From: a virus
Strand: one strand, 5' to 3'
IMG/VR virus record: IMGVR_UViG_3300033753_000334
Coordinates: 1 to 64,000 of that record
Length of the DNA: 64,000 nt
The notes under the pieces were generated by a model, which searched no databases, was not told the origin of the DNA, and saw only the letters and a program-made list of their open reading frames with translations. Shown piece by piece: positions 19,728 through 29,039 of this stretch. The position numbers and the translations under genes were made by a program. The stretch's first letter is position 1. Every line of letters starts with the position of its first letter.

Positions 19728-20383
19728 GTAAAGATTTTATCTCTTTTGATGCTCAGAGGTATTTACAGGCGCTATCAAAAGCGCTGGAAAAGGCAGCGCA
19801 GGAGATCGGCAGGGATTTGCAAAGAAAACTGCGTAACAAGGTCGGGATGATACCGTTTCGTTCCCATAAAGTGACGCTTGAATCCGGAATGGTGACAGAC
19901 GACACAGCACGAAGTCGTGCCTTGGCCGACTCTATTCAGGCATATGTATTAGGGCAAGTATCGCTCATGGTGAACGGTGTGTATCGGATGGCGGTGACAG
20001 CGATGGAGAAAAACTTTGAGCGGTCACACATTGGTTTGTATTACGAGTATGGTACAGGTACACAGGAGTTGTCCATTAGTCCATTGCCCCGATTAGGGGA
20101 GTGGAACCCGGCACGTAACAACGGTGTTCCGGTAGCAGGTGCGCCGATTGTGACGCGGAGTGGTTTGTGGCGCGATGCAGGGGGAAATGTACGGACGACA
20201 CGCTCGAAAGTGGCGGGCAAACCAATTAAGCGACCAGGTTGGGAAACACCTGCTTTACGATGGTTTGCGAATACGGTAGAAGAGAACAGACAGGCATATT
20301 ATATGAAATTGACAGCAGCAGTGCGTAGTGTACATCCGGGTAAGTATATTCGGCTGAGAAAATCAATCAAACTGACGAGGTGA
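19724..20383 (+). CDS. Neck/tail-completion protein (HK97 gp10-like)
   Basis: YYEYGTG motif and position. Confidence 0.65.
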   Translation: MSKDFISFDAQRYLQALSKALEKAAQEIGRDLQRKLRNKVGMIPFRSHKVTLESGMVTDDTARSRALADSIQAYVLGQVSLMVNGVYRMAVTAMEKNFERSHIGLYYEYGTGTQELSISPLPRLGEWNPARNNGVPVAGAPIVTRSGLWRDAGGNVRTTRSKVAGKPIKRPGWETPALRWFANTVEENRQAYYMKLTAAVRSVHPGKYIRLRKSIKLTR

Positions 20384-20387
20384 TTGT

Positions 20388-20837
20388 ATGGCAGCGGTTG
20401 AAGTGTACAATGCAGTGTATCGACTGTTGGCAGCAGATGCGGAGATTTTGGGGTTGCTAGAGTTAAGTCCGGCCTCATCGAATATCGAGAAAGCAAAGAA
20501 AATCGTGAAGCGGAAGAAGCCGCCGAATCTCACGACATTAATTCCTATCATCGCATTTTACACGTTGCCAGGAGCGCGTGATGGTGAGAACAAAGAAGTG
20601 TATGTCGCGCCGTTTACATTCGATATTTATACGAATGATGATGTGGATAAGGCACAACGAATAGCGAAACGAATTATCCAGATGTTTGATGGGAAATTGC
20701 CACAGGTGAATGAAACGGCAACGCTGGAAGCGATGTTTGTGACAGAGCATGAAAGCGAGACGAATCAGGTGAATACGTACTGTTACAGTGTAGGAATTGA
20801 TTTTGCCGTTGTGGTGGATAAGGCGAGGTTGAAATAA
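20388..20837 (+). CDS. Tail terminator-like protein
   Basis: VYRLLAAD..FDIY..AQRIA pattern and position. Confidence 0.65.
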   Translation: MAAVEVYNAVYRLLAADAEILGLLELSPASSNIEKAKKIVKRKKPPNLTTLIPIIAFYTLPGARDGENKEVYVAPFTFDIYTNDDVDKAQRIAKRIIQMFDGKLPQVNETATLEAMFVTEHESETNQVNTYCYSVGIDFAVVVDKARLK

Positions 20838-20934
20838 AAAAAGCGGGCTAGGTCACTGAAAAAACGAGCGGATGTTTCGTATATAGTATATAGAATAAGT
20901 GTCTGCTGAGTTTTTAAAATAATTAGGAGATGAA

Positions 20935-21747
20935 ATGTATATGACCTACCCAAGAGTATTACATTATCCCGGGAGCAAATGGAGTATGGCGGAGTGGATT
21001 GTGAATCATTTTCCGGAACACGAAGTTTATCTCGAGCCCTACTTCGGATCTGGAGCAGCGCTTTTTGAGAAAGAACCAGCTGCAATCGAAACGATTAATG
21101 ATATGGATGAAGACGTGGTTAATTTATTCCGGATTATTCGAGAGCGGCCAGATGAATTGGCTCGAGCGATAAAATGGACACCATGGGCACGTACTGAATA
21201 CTACAAGTCATACGAAAAGACCGGTGATGAATTGGAAGATGCGCGACGATTCTTGGTTCGATGCTGGCAGGCGATAGGAGCAAGAACCAGCGATAGAACG
21301 GGGTGGAGAAGTTCAATTAAAGCTTCAGGGAAGAACCGGACGACATCGTGGGACCGACTTCCGAATCACATATTGAAAGTTACAGAGCGGTTGAAAAATG
21401 TTCAGATTGAGTGCCAGCCAGCGGTTCAAATCATTGAACGCTACCGTCGAGAAGAAGTTTTGATATATGCCGACCCTCCGTATCTCGGTGAAACAAGGAA
21501 AAGCCGTATGTACCGGCACGAAATGATGAAGCCTGAACAGCATGAAGAAATGCTGAAAGCACTTCTTGCGCACCCGGGACCGGTTCTTGTTTCTGGATAT
21601 GCCCACGCCTTATACGAACGTTATCTAAAAGGCTGGCGAAGGGAAACGCGCATTGCCTACGCAGAATCAGGCAAGAAACGAATCGAAGTGCTCTGGATTA
21701 ATCCGGTGGCCACAGAGAGAATGATGGGGCAGCAGACGTTGTTTTGA
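20935..21747 (+). CDS. dam: DNA adenine methyltransferase (Dam/D12 class)
   Basis: YPGSK, EPYFGSGA, ETIND and catalytic DPPY. Confidence 0.92.
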   Translation: MYMTYPRVLHYPGSKWSMAEWIVNHFPEHEVYLEPYFGSGAALFEKEPAAIETINDMDEDVVNLFRIIRERPDELARAIKWTPWARTEYYKSYEKTGDELEDARRFLVRCWQAIGARTSDRTGWRSSIKASGKNRTTSWDRLPNHILKVTERLKNVQIECQPAVQIIERYRREEVLIYADPPYLGETRKSRMYRHEMMKPEQHEEMLKALLAHPGPVLVSGYAHALYERYLKGWRRETRIAYAESGKKRIEVLWINPVATERMMGQQTLF

Positions 21748-21828
21748 AAGGAGGAGCGAGTATGATAACAAACGGCACATACGAAGTGACGAAGCTGCTG
21801 GCAGAATGGCGTGAGAGGAAAGAAGACA

Positions 21829-22965
21829 ATGCGAATGCTTGACCTTTTCTCCGGCATCGGCGGCATCTCTCTTGCTGCTGAATGGGCCGGGATTGAAACG
21901 ATAGCTTTCTGTGAGATTGAATCGTTCTGTCAGAAGGTGCTTAGAAAGCACTGGCCGGACGTTCCGATTTTTGAAGACGTGAAGAAACTGAACAAACAAG
22001 CACTGACAGATGCGGGGGTGATCGGGAATGGTAGAACAATTGACATTGTGGCAGGAGGATACCCTTGCCAGCCTTTCTCCCACGCCGGGAAGCGAAAAGG
22101 CCAGGCAGATGACCGCCACCTCTGGCCAGAAATGTTTCGACTTGTGCGGGAACTCCGGCCCACTTGGGTTATTGGAGAAAATGTTGCTGGACACGTCACT
22201 CTGGGCCTCGACGATGTACTTACTGACCTGGAAAGCGAAGGCTACCAAACAAGGGCATTTGTACTTCCAGCTGCAGCCGTCGGCGCTCCGCACAGAAGAG
22301 ACAGAGTGTTCGTCGTGGCCCACGCCTCAAGCAAGGGACTACAGGAGCGGAGACAATCCGGATTCACCCCGACAAACCAGGAAACAAGAACAGGGGTGGA
22401 GCCAGAATCTGAACGATGCGGTGAAAACATGGCCCACTCCTACCAACAGCATGATGACCATAGGAGATGTACAGCAAGCGAAGTATGCAGAAAACGAAAA
22501 GCGGAGGCCGTCTTACCAGGAAGCAAACAAAGCATGGCCGATCCCAAGAGCGGTATATGGAGAACATCCGGGGATAAAAGACCCGAGTCATTTGACGGGA
22601 GCTGTGCAAATGTGGCCCACACCAAATGCATCGGACAATCGGGACAGAGGGAATCTATCGAACCCCTGCATTCAGAAGAGGATAGAAGAGGGCAAGCAAG
22701 TCAATCTGTCTATGTGTGTATCAGAGAAGAGCGGTCAATTAAACCCGGAATGGGTGGAGTGCTTGATGGGCTTTCCAATTGGCTGGACAGACATCAGTGG
22801 CCTGCAGGATTAGGACAGGAACAATATGAGTGGGAGCCTCCCCGGGTGGCTACTGGTGTGAAAGATAGAGTTGGACGACTGAAGGCACTCGGAAACGCAG
22901 TAGTACCACAGCAGATATATCCGATATTTGCGGCTATACGTGAAGTTGAACGGATGATGGCATAA
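21829..22965 (+). CDS. dcm: DNA cytosine-5 methyltransferase, main chain (motifs I-VIII and X)
   Basis: LFSGIGG, GYPCQPFS, ENV, HRRDRVF and RLKALGNAVVP. Confidence 0.9.
   Translation: MRMLDLFSGIGGISLAAEWAGIETIAFCEIESFCQKVLRKHWPDVPIFEDVKKLNKQALTDAGVIGNGRTIDIVAGGYPCQPFSHAGKRKGQADDRHLWPEMFRLVRELRPTWVIGENVAGHVTLGLDDVLTDLESEGYQTRAFVLPAAAVGAPHRRDRVFVVAHASSKGLQERRQSGFTPTNQETRTGVEPESERCGENMAHSYQQHDDHRRCTASEVCRKRKAEAVLPGSKQSMADPKSGIWRTSGDKRPESFDGSCANVAHTKCIGQSGQRESIEPLHSEEDRRGQASQSVYVCIREERSIKPGMGGVLDGLSNWLDRHQWPAGLGQEQYEWEPPRVATGVKDRVGRLKALGNAVVPQQIYPIFAAIREVERMMA
22028..22813 (+). CDS. Nested out-of-frame C5-MTase subunit (TRD repeats and motif IX)
   Basis: GGGGTGA RBS; four WP(T/I)P units; LNPEWVECLMGFPIGWTD motif IX-like segment that the main frame lacks. 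Confidence 0.75.
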   Translation: MVEQLTLWQEDTLASLSPTPGSEKARQMTATSGQKCFDLCGNSGPLGLLEKMLLDTSLWASTMYLLTWKAKATKQGHLYFQLQPSALRTEETECSSWPTPQARDYRSGDNPDSPRQTRKQEQGWSQNLNDAVKTWPTPTNSMMTIGDVQQAKYAENEKRRPSYQEANKAWPIPRAVYGEHPGIKDPSHLTGAVQMWPTPNASDNRDRGNLSNPCIQKRIEEGKQVNLSMCVSEKSGQLNPEWVECLMGFPIGWTDISGLQD

Positions 22966-23021
22966 AAAAGGCCGGCACAGGCCAGCAACCCACGGGGGCT
23001 GTCACCAGTATACCACGGAAG

Positions 23022-23720
23022 GTGATGAAGATGCAGGAACTAAAAGTACGCGTGTGGGATGAAGAATATCGGTCCCTGCTCACGGATGACGACGTGAACA
23101 TCCGTATTGAAAGCGGACGGATAAGCGCATATGAAGATGTGTTCGAAGAGTGGGGAATGGAACAACGCGAAATTAAAAACCCGATATTCCTGCGATACAC
23201 CGGCCTGAAGGACCGGAACGGTCGGGAGATTTATACAGGGGATGTCGTTCGGTACAAACGTGTCAATTACACAGATTGCAGCAGAATGGAAATCGAAAGC
23301 GAAGAAGTGTTTGTTGGTGTCATTGAAGAATGGATGTGCGCTTACTGGTTGAAGGTAGACGACAGGAGGATTCCTCTTATGACGATAGCGATAAATGAAG
23401 ATGAAAAGCAAATGGAGGTTATAGGGGATATTTACCGCAATCCCGAGATGAACGAGGTAGAACAGCTTGATTTATTCCCGGATATGCCGACCCCTTCTCC
23501 TGCTGAAATGGAGAAAGAGCCGAATAAGATGCGGAAACATTTAGGTCCGGGGCCAGAAGGGACAACATGCGGTACTTGCCGGTACTTGTATCGAAAAAAG
23601 TGGGGTGGAACGTATTTCAAATGCGAACTATACGGCGACTCGAACGGACCGGGAACGGATTTTCGGAAGAAATGGCAGAGCTGCAGGAAATATGAGCTAA
23701 GGGAGGATGAGGAGAAGTGA
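23022..23720 (+). CDS. YopX-family protein with C-terminal Cys-rich extension
   Basis: K.R.WD, YTGLKDRNGREIYTGD and EVIGDIY.NPE. Confidence 0.85.
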   Translation: MMKMQELKVRVWDEEYRSLLTDDDVNIRIESGRISAYEDVFEEWGMEQREIKNPIFLRYTGLKDRNGREIYTGDVVRYKRVNYTDCSRMEIESEEVFVGVIEEWMCAYWLKVDDRRIPLMTIAINEDEKQMEVIGDIYRNPEMNEVEQLDLFPDMPTPSPAEMEKEPNKMRKHLGPGPEGTTCGTCRYLYRKKWGGTYFKCELYGDSNGPGTDFRKKWQSCRKYELREDEEK

Positions 23721-23955
23721 AAGAATGCCCGGAATGCAACGGTTACGGAATGGTCCCGTACTTTAGTTTTATTGAAATGGCAGTAGAGTCGCAAGATTGC
23801 CCTAAGTGCGGAGGAGAAGAAGTGGTTGAGGAGGTTGAGGGAGGAGAATAAGCGATGTACTACTTTTGGTGCATGGGGTGAAAACGTAGACTGGGTAAAC
23901 CTATCTTGCCCGGATTGTGGGGCGAACGAAGAGAATGGATGGGAGGGGAAAACGA

Positions 23956-24504
23956 ATGAAAACGCACGAACTAAAAACAGAACCACCGTATTTTCAGGCA
24001 GTGGTGGATGGTAGAAAGCGATTCGAAATTCGGAAAAACGATAGGGATTTTTCCGAGGGTGATACGTTGCTTCTAAAAGAGTTCGAACCAGTGAACAAGG
24101 AATATACAGGCCGAGAAGTTGAAGTTAAAGCGCTATACATCACGGACTATGCACAGCAACCTGGATATGTGGTGATAAGCATCCAGAAGATTGGAGCTAT
24201 GAACGATACAGAGCTAAGGGACATCGAAGAGCGATTGAACGAGATTACAGGAGCCGAATGGTTTCGATATCATGACGAAGGAGCTCCAATGAATATTCTT
24301 GGCACTTTCGTAGACGGCGAGGAAAAAGGCATTGGTGAATTTTACAATGATGAGGACGCATACTTTGCAGAACATGCACCAAACGATATACGCCGACTGG
24401 TGGATGAGGTTAAACGGTTGCGGAAAGAGAAGGAGCAAGCCTATCACGCAGGATATACACAAGGAAAGTTTGACGCGACGATGGAAATGACCTTCGGCAA
24501 ATAA
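23956..24504 (+). CDS. DUF3850/ASCH-like domain protein with C-terminal extension
   Basis: HELK..PYF..V..G.KRFEIRKNDRDF..GD. Confidence 0.8.
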   Translation: MKTHELKTEPPYFQAVVDGRKRFEIRKNDRDFSEGDTLLLKEFEPVNKEYTGREVEVKALYITDYAQQPGYVVISIQKIGAMNDTELRDIEERLNEITGAEWFRYHDEGAPMNILGTFVDGEEKGIGEFYNDEDAYFAEHAPNDIRRLVDEVKRLRKEKEQAYHAGYTQGKFDATMEMTFGK

Positions 24505-24593
24505 AAAACACCCCTTGTCGGTCTGCCAACCGGCGAGGGGCTTCCCTGTTCTTGCCTACAAGAATATTTTACCATGAGCAGGGGGAGTCGGAA

Positions 24594-24977
24594 ATGGTTG
24601 CTGAGCAATTATCCTTTTTAGATGCTGTTAATGAAAAGGAAGTGCGTAAGGTCGTTGCTAAGGAGCTGAAAAGATATAAGGCTCTCCGGGTAGCCGTGCA
24701 GAACCGGAAAGAGCAAGAGGAGCAAGGGGTGAGCGGGCTGTTTCCTGCGTTGTGCGAATCAGATAAGCAGAAAGAAATGAAGGTGCGCCAGATTGAACGC
24801 GCTTTAGAATACACGCTTGATGAGATAGAACGTCGCATTATCGAAGAGAAGTATTTGGGAACGGCGCGAGTAAAGGATATTACACTTTATCTTGATATGG
24901 GACTGACAAAGGACCAATATTATGCAAAAAAGAAGGAGGCTATCTCCCAAATTGCCACGGCGCTCGGAATCATATGA
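24594..24977 (+). CDS. arpU: ArpU-family phage transcriptional regulator
   Basis: LDEIERRIIEEKYL...YY.KK.EAI..IA.ALGII. Confidence 0.85.
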   Translation: MVAEQLSFLDAVNEKEVRKVVAKELKRYKALRVAVQNRKEQEEQGVSGLFPALCESDKQKEMKVRQIERALEYTLDEIERRIIEEKYLGTARVKDITLYLDMGLTKDQYYAKKKEAISQIATALGII

Positions 24978-24984
24978 GCGCTTT

Positions 24985-25353
24985 TTATTTTATTCTTAAC
25001 GAATTGGTAATTCGCTCTCTTTCAGCCTTTTTTAACCCCTTAAAAACCAACTGATAGGAACGGTCAATCATACCGAAAATCTCTTCGGTTGGAATACTGC
25101 CGTCCTCTTCGATAGTGTTCCAGTGGCGTTTATTTAGATGGTAGCCAGGCTTAATAGCAGGGTACTGTTCGCGTAAAATCTCACAGACTTCTGGCTCACA
25201 TTTTAGACTGATATGTAGGATTCCATCCCGGTTTGAAAGAAGAGCGAACATTTTTCCACCTATCTTGAATACATGTATATCCCCACCAAACGGGAAATCT
25301 TCGATAGCTCCTTTTTTCTCCAAGCAATAGGTACGAACAGTATGCAAATCCAT
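24985..25353 (-). CDS. MmcQ/YjbR-family protein
   Basis: FPFG..VFKIGGKMFA, LKC.P and PGYHLNKRHWN. Confidence 0.9.
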   Translation of the reverse strand: MDLHTVRTYCLEKKGAIEDFPFGGDIHVFKIGGKMFALLSNRDGILHISLKCEPEVCEILREQYPAIKPGYHLNKRHWNTIEEDGSIPTEEIFGMIDRSYQLVFKGLKKAERERITNSLRIK

Positions 25354-25436
25354 AATTTGATTCCTGCCTCTCTCATTAGTCTATTATCCTGATATTTACT
25401 ATTGAGCATTTCAAATTCCATTGCAACTATATTTTG

Positions 25437-25489
25437 CCGACAAAAACCCGACAAAATACAGGATAAAAAGTAGGACAAAAAACAGGATA
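25437..25489 (+). promoter_or_regulatory. 11-12-bp phased repeats (CCGACAAAA / AGGA(T/C)AAAA); putative ArpU-type activator site
   Basis: Five phased units downstream of arpU and upstream of the structured RNA. Confidence 0.5.
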
Positions 25490-25530
25490 TTTTGCTGGAA
25501 TTTTTAAAAACGAGAAAATTGTACGCTAAT

Positions 25531-25957
25531 GCCAAGGAAAATATGCTCCACTTTCCTTGGGAGATGGCGTCAACTCCTGTATCAATGGCGCAACTCGGGT
25601 GTACTGAATGGGCGATGAAAGCTGTGGTCTAACGGGCAGAGCAGCTGGAGTCCTAAGCACGCATGACGTGAATGAACACGATGCATGCACACATTTCGTT
25701 ATAACCACTGATAGATAAGTCTATTGAAGTGGGAGAGGTGTGTTAGTTATGAGCGGCGGGCACTGTGGAGTAAAGCGATGTATTTTCATCGCTAGGGATT
25801 GCGAGCGCCGAATCCGCTACGCATGCAATAAAAATTGTTTGTCGTGTCGTTGGCGTCGTTCTCTCGTACATAGACCATATCTGCCCAGGTGAACGTGGAG
25901 ACGACATATTATTGTACAGGCATTGGTATAGTGCAGGTTCGATTCCTGCGGCCTGGA
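25531..25957 (+). ncRNA. Candidate large structured ncRNA with tRNA-like 3' end
   Basis: No credible ORF; several hairpins, long-range pairings and a GCAGG-TTCGATT-CCTGC T-arm; terminator at ~25975-26005. Confidence 0.5.
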
Positions 25958-26061
25958 TAGAAGATAAGCGAAGGGGCCGTTCCGGAGAGGGACGGTTTTT
26001 TGTTTGATTTTAAAAGGGATTTATGAAGCAGGAAAGAATTAAAAGAATGGGGTGGTAATCT

Positions 26062-26787
26062 GTGGAGAATTTTTTAAGTACATTTGTATTTTTGCTTCCT
26101 GGACTTATGGCATATTTTTGGTTGCAACTGTTTGGATTAAATCCTCCGATTAAGCATACAGCTCCGGAAGTTTCCAGTATTGCTGCGTTACTTTGGTTGC
26201 CGATTAGTTATTTAACCTTAGTTTGTCTTAACTTGTGGGCATGGTTATACAATAATCCTGATTCTATGTTTTCTGTTCAAAAAGCATGGACTATTGAAGA
26301 AGTTAAACAAGTTACATCAGACGTAAGATACTTAGCTTTGTTTTTATTTGTAAGTGCAATTGTAAGTTTTGGTGTATGTGCGTTATGGGGAAAGTGGGGC
26401 GTAAATCTTTTAGAAAAAGCTATTAATATTATTAGAGAATGGAGAGAAGTAGCTCCTTTATCTAAGAAACCTACTGTTTGGGATGAAATTTTCTCAAATA
26501 ATGATTCACAAGTGGTAGAAATAAGAAAGCTTGATAAGCCTGAATATAAGCAAATCGGGGGTATAAGTAAAGTGTCCCGGCCTTTTGAGCCGGAACGTGC
26601 TTTGGTACTTGATGGAATTAAAATATGGACTAAACTAGTAGAAAAGTATAATCCTGAACCCGATCAAGTATTTATCGATATAAAATCAGGCATAGTTATA
26701 AAGGTTTTCAATCTTGAAGAAATGTTAGAATTATACCGTGTAGAAACCATGGACAAAGCTCCTATTATTACTTCCCGGGTTTTTTAA
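26062..26787 (+). CDS. Membrane protein (moron)
   Basis: Three TM helices plus a soluble C-terminal domain; AT-rich. Confidence 0.75.
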   Translation: MENFLSTFVFLLPGLMAYFWLQLFGLNPPIKHTAPEVSSIAALLWLPISYLTLVCLNLWAWLYNNPDSMFSVQKAWTIEEVKQVTSDVRYLALFLFVSAIVSFGVCALWGKWGVNLLEKAINIIREWREVAPLSKKPTVWDEIFSNNDSQVVEIRKLDKPEYKQIGGISKVSRPFEPERALVLDGIKIWTKLVEKYNPEPDQVFIDIKSGIVIKVFNLEEMLELYRVETMDKAPIITSRVF

Positions 26788-27000
26788 TTAGGTTGGTAGG
26801 AGAAGGTTTGTCCAAGGATCTAATAATGTTAGTAGGAGACTTTTTATCTTGGCTACTCTGAACTTTTATTGGACCTTTTTTACCTTGAGTCATCTTTAAA
26901 TATCCCTCCTTTTTATCGATTGATTAGCGGACACTAATCCATTCGACAATCGGAGAGATATTCCTTTTTTGCAGGGAAATAGTCCCTTCTGCCGAATTGG

Positions 27001-27357
27001 TTGGTGGGAGGGATGAAGATGGAAACAATATTGATTCCAATTGATGTATTGATTGAAAAGTTCAAGCCGCTAATTTCAGGTATTGGTCTTTATATTTTTT
27101 TGCTTATAGCAAGTTCGTTTCTAGGATTCCTTAAGTATAAGTCGGCCATGTTTGTAGTAGGGAAAATACTATCTTTCTCGAAGGTTGTGCTGTATGGGGC
27201 GTTTGTATGGCTAGCATTATATTTGCATTACGATCCGGAAACTAAGCATTTCACCTTACATTTAATTAATGAGCTCTCTTTAGATAGGACATTTGTTATT
27301 TTATTAGCTGGTACCGAAGCAATATCAAATTTGCACGCTTTTTTTGATTTTGAGTAG
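27001..27357 (+). CDS. Membrane protein (moron)
   Basis: Hydrophobic ORF with sigmaH-like promoter and terminator. Confidence 0.65.
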   Translation: MVGGMKMETILIPIDVLIEKFKPLISGIGLYIFLLIASSFLGFLKYKSAMFVVGKILSFSKVVLYGAFVWLALYLHYDPETKHFTLHLINELSLDRTFVILLAGTEAISNLHAFFDFE

Positions 27358-27412
27358 CACCCACGCGGTGCTTTTTATTTTGTAAACAAAAGACCCTATA
27401 CGAGACATAGGG

Positions 27413-27595
27413 TCAAATGATTTTTTTCATCCCACACTTTCTGCATTCTCTGAGGAAAACATAATTGTGAACAGAACTCTTGAAGTGAGTGTTGCCGCAA
27501 TTATCGCAACGCCCGCTGATAACGTCAGGGTATTCTTTGTAGTCGTAAACAATGCTCGTGTCATAACCTTTATATCCTTTTGTTTCAGTAGCCAA
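27413..27595 (-). CDS. Small zinc-ribbon protein
   Basis: GGAGGTG RBS, TTG start, CDNC...CRKC. Confidence 0.65.
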   Translation of the reverse strand: MATETKGYKGYDTSIVYDYKEYPDVISGRCDNCGNTHFKSSVHNYVFLRECRKCGMKKII

Positions 27596-27800
27596 AGTAT
27601 CACCTCCTACTTTTTTACTTCGATGTGTAGGAGGAAATACCTTCCTTTTGTTCAATGGATTGATGGGAGATCAGTATGGTATGATGATAGTGTCAGAAGA
27701 TAAGCGAAGGGGCCGTTCCAAGGGAGCGGTCTTTTTGTTTTAAGCGAATCAATAAAATGGGCATATTACTTATAAGCAATAAGTTAAAGGAGAGACACGA

Positions 27801-27969
27801 AGTGGATAGTTTAAAACAGGCGCAAACAGTAAATCTATCGGAAGAGTTAGAAACACGAGAGGGAGTAACAACCATTAGGATTGAACCCCATCAAGAATTC
27901 AAAATAACAACCGGCCAAAAGGAACGGGCATTCCAGGGACCGGCTGTTATTTTGGTCAATCAGGATTAG
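27801..27969 (+). CDS. Small phage protein (BC1881-like)
   Basis: AAGGAG RBS; L.EELE.REGV...GPAVILVN.D. Confidence 0.6.
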
Positions 27970-28199
27970 ACTCTGCGATAGCTGAATGCATTTTTGATGT
28001 ACGCTGCATGATAGCTACCTTTTGATCCGGCAGACATTAAACCTTGGTGAATAGACACTGGAACGTTGTAATAGTCATACGTTCCGTTGTGAAACTGAAT
28101 TCGTAAGGTTTGAGATGCCGGATCATATCCTACAGCTCTGAGATTAGACGAGCTTACTGGAATCATATGCATGCATGTCACCTCCTTCAGAACTACCAT
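27966..28199 (-). CDS. KTSC-domain protein (start probably ~28175)
   Basis: VSSSNL.AVGYD..L.I.F..G.Y.Y..VP...S.GSY. Confidence 0.88.
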   Translation of the reverse strand: MVVLKEVTCMHMIPVSSSNLRAVGYDPASQTLRIQFHNGTYDYYNVPVSIHQGLMSAGSKGSYHAAYIKNAFSYRRV

Positions 28200-28279
28200 T
28201 CAACACGAAAAAATAATTTCCTACAAATAACAAGGAAAATAGTCCCTCTTGTCGAATGGGTTGCATGGGAGGGATAGGA

Positions 28280-28955
28280 ATGTCTGATCAGAAAATAAAG
28301 GATATTTTTAAATACTATAATAGAATGGGGAGTAACTGGAATATATGGATTAAGCACGACAAATTGGGCTTTTCACTTCTAATTCTTACTATACTGATGC
28401 CCATCTTAGTTTTAGTTTTGTGCACTTTCGGTACTATAGGGCGTGGAAGTACAGTTGCTCTTATGGTTTTTTCCATTCTACTGATGAGTGTTGGATACAT
28501 ATTCTATTCCATAAAACAAAAAGAGTTTTTGAAAAAACATTACTATGGAATGTCAAGTATGTATGAGATAAAAGTAAACATTTTGAGAGCCTATCTTTAT
28601 AAAAAAGAAAATACGAACAAAAGAGCAACTGGAGTTTTTGGTCCGTGTATTAAAAAGTAAATCTGAGAAAAAGAAACGAAATCTTAACCTATGGTTTGCG
28701 CCACTTTTTCTTACATTATTAGTTCCTTTGTGGAATTCCATGCTTAGCGAAAGAGCAAAGAAAGTTAAAGACTGGAGTACATTTTTGGAACTTTTTGAAG
28801 CGACAGCAATATTAGTCATCATTATGCTTATTTTCATTGGCCTGTTCCGTATTATATGGTACTTAATAAAGAAATCCTTTAATGCAAAAAGCGAATTGTA
28901 TAGTGAGATGGCAAACATTATTGAAGAAGAGATCCTTTTTGAAAAAATTAAGTAA
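28280..28955 (+). pseudogene. Membrane protein split by a +1 A in an A-tract at ~28601
   Basis: Removing one A joins the two ORFs in frame (YKKKIRTKEQLEFLVRV). Confidence 0.6.
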
Positions 28956-29039
28956 GAGAGCACCCCAGCGGTGCTTTTTATTTTGCCTTGGAGGTGGATA
29001 AAATCTGCCTACTCTACTTTAGAACAAAGTAGAGAGGAG

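Noticed and set aside
25885-25957. Bona fide tRNA
   Set aside because: Only a T-arm and acceptor-like pairing; no canonical D or anticodon arm, no CCA
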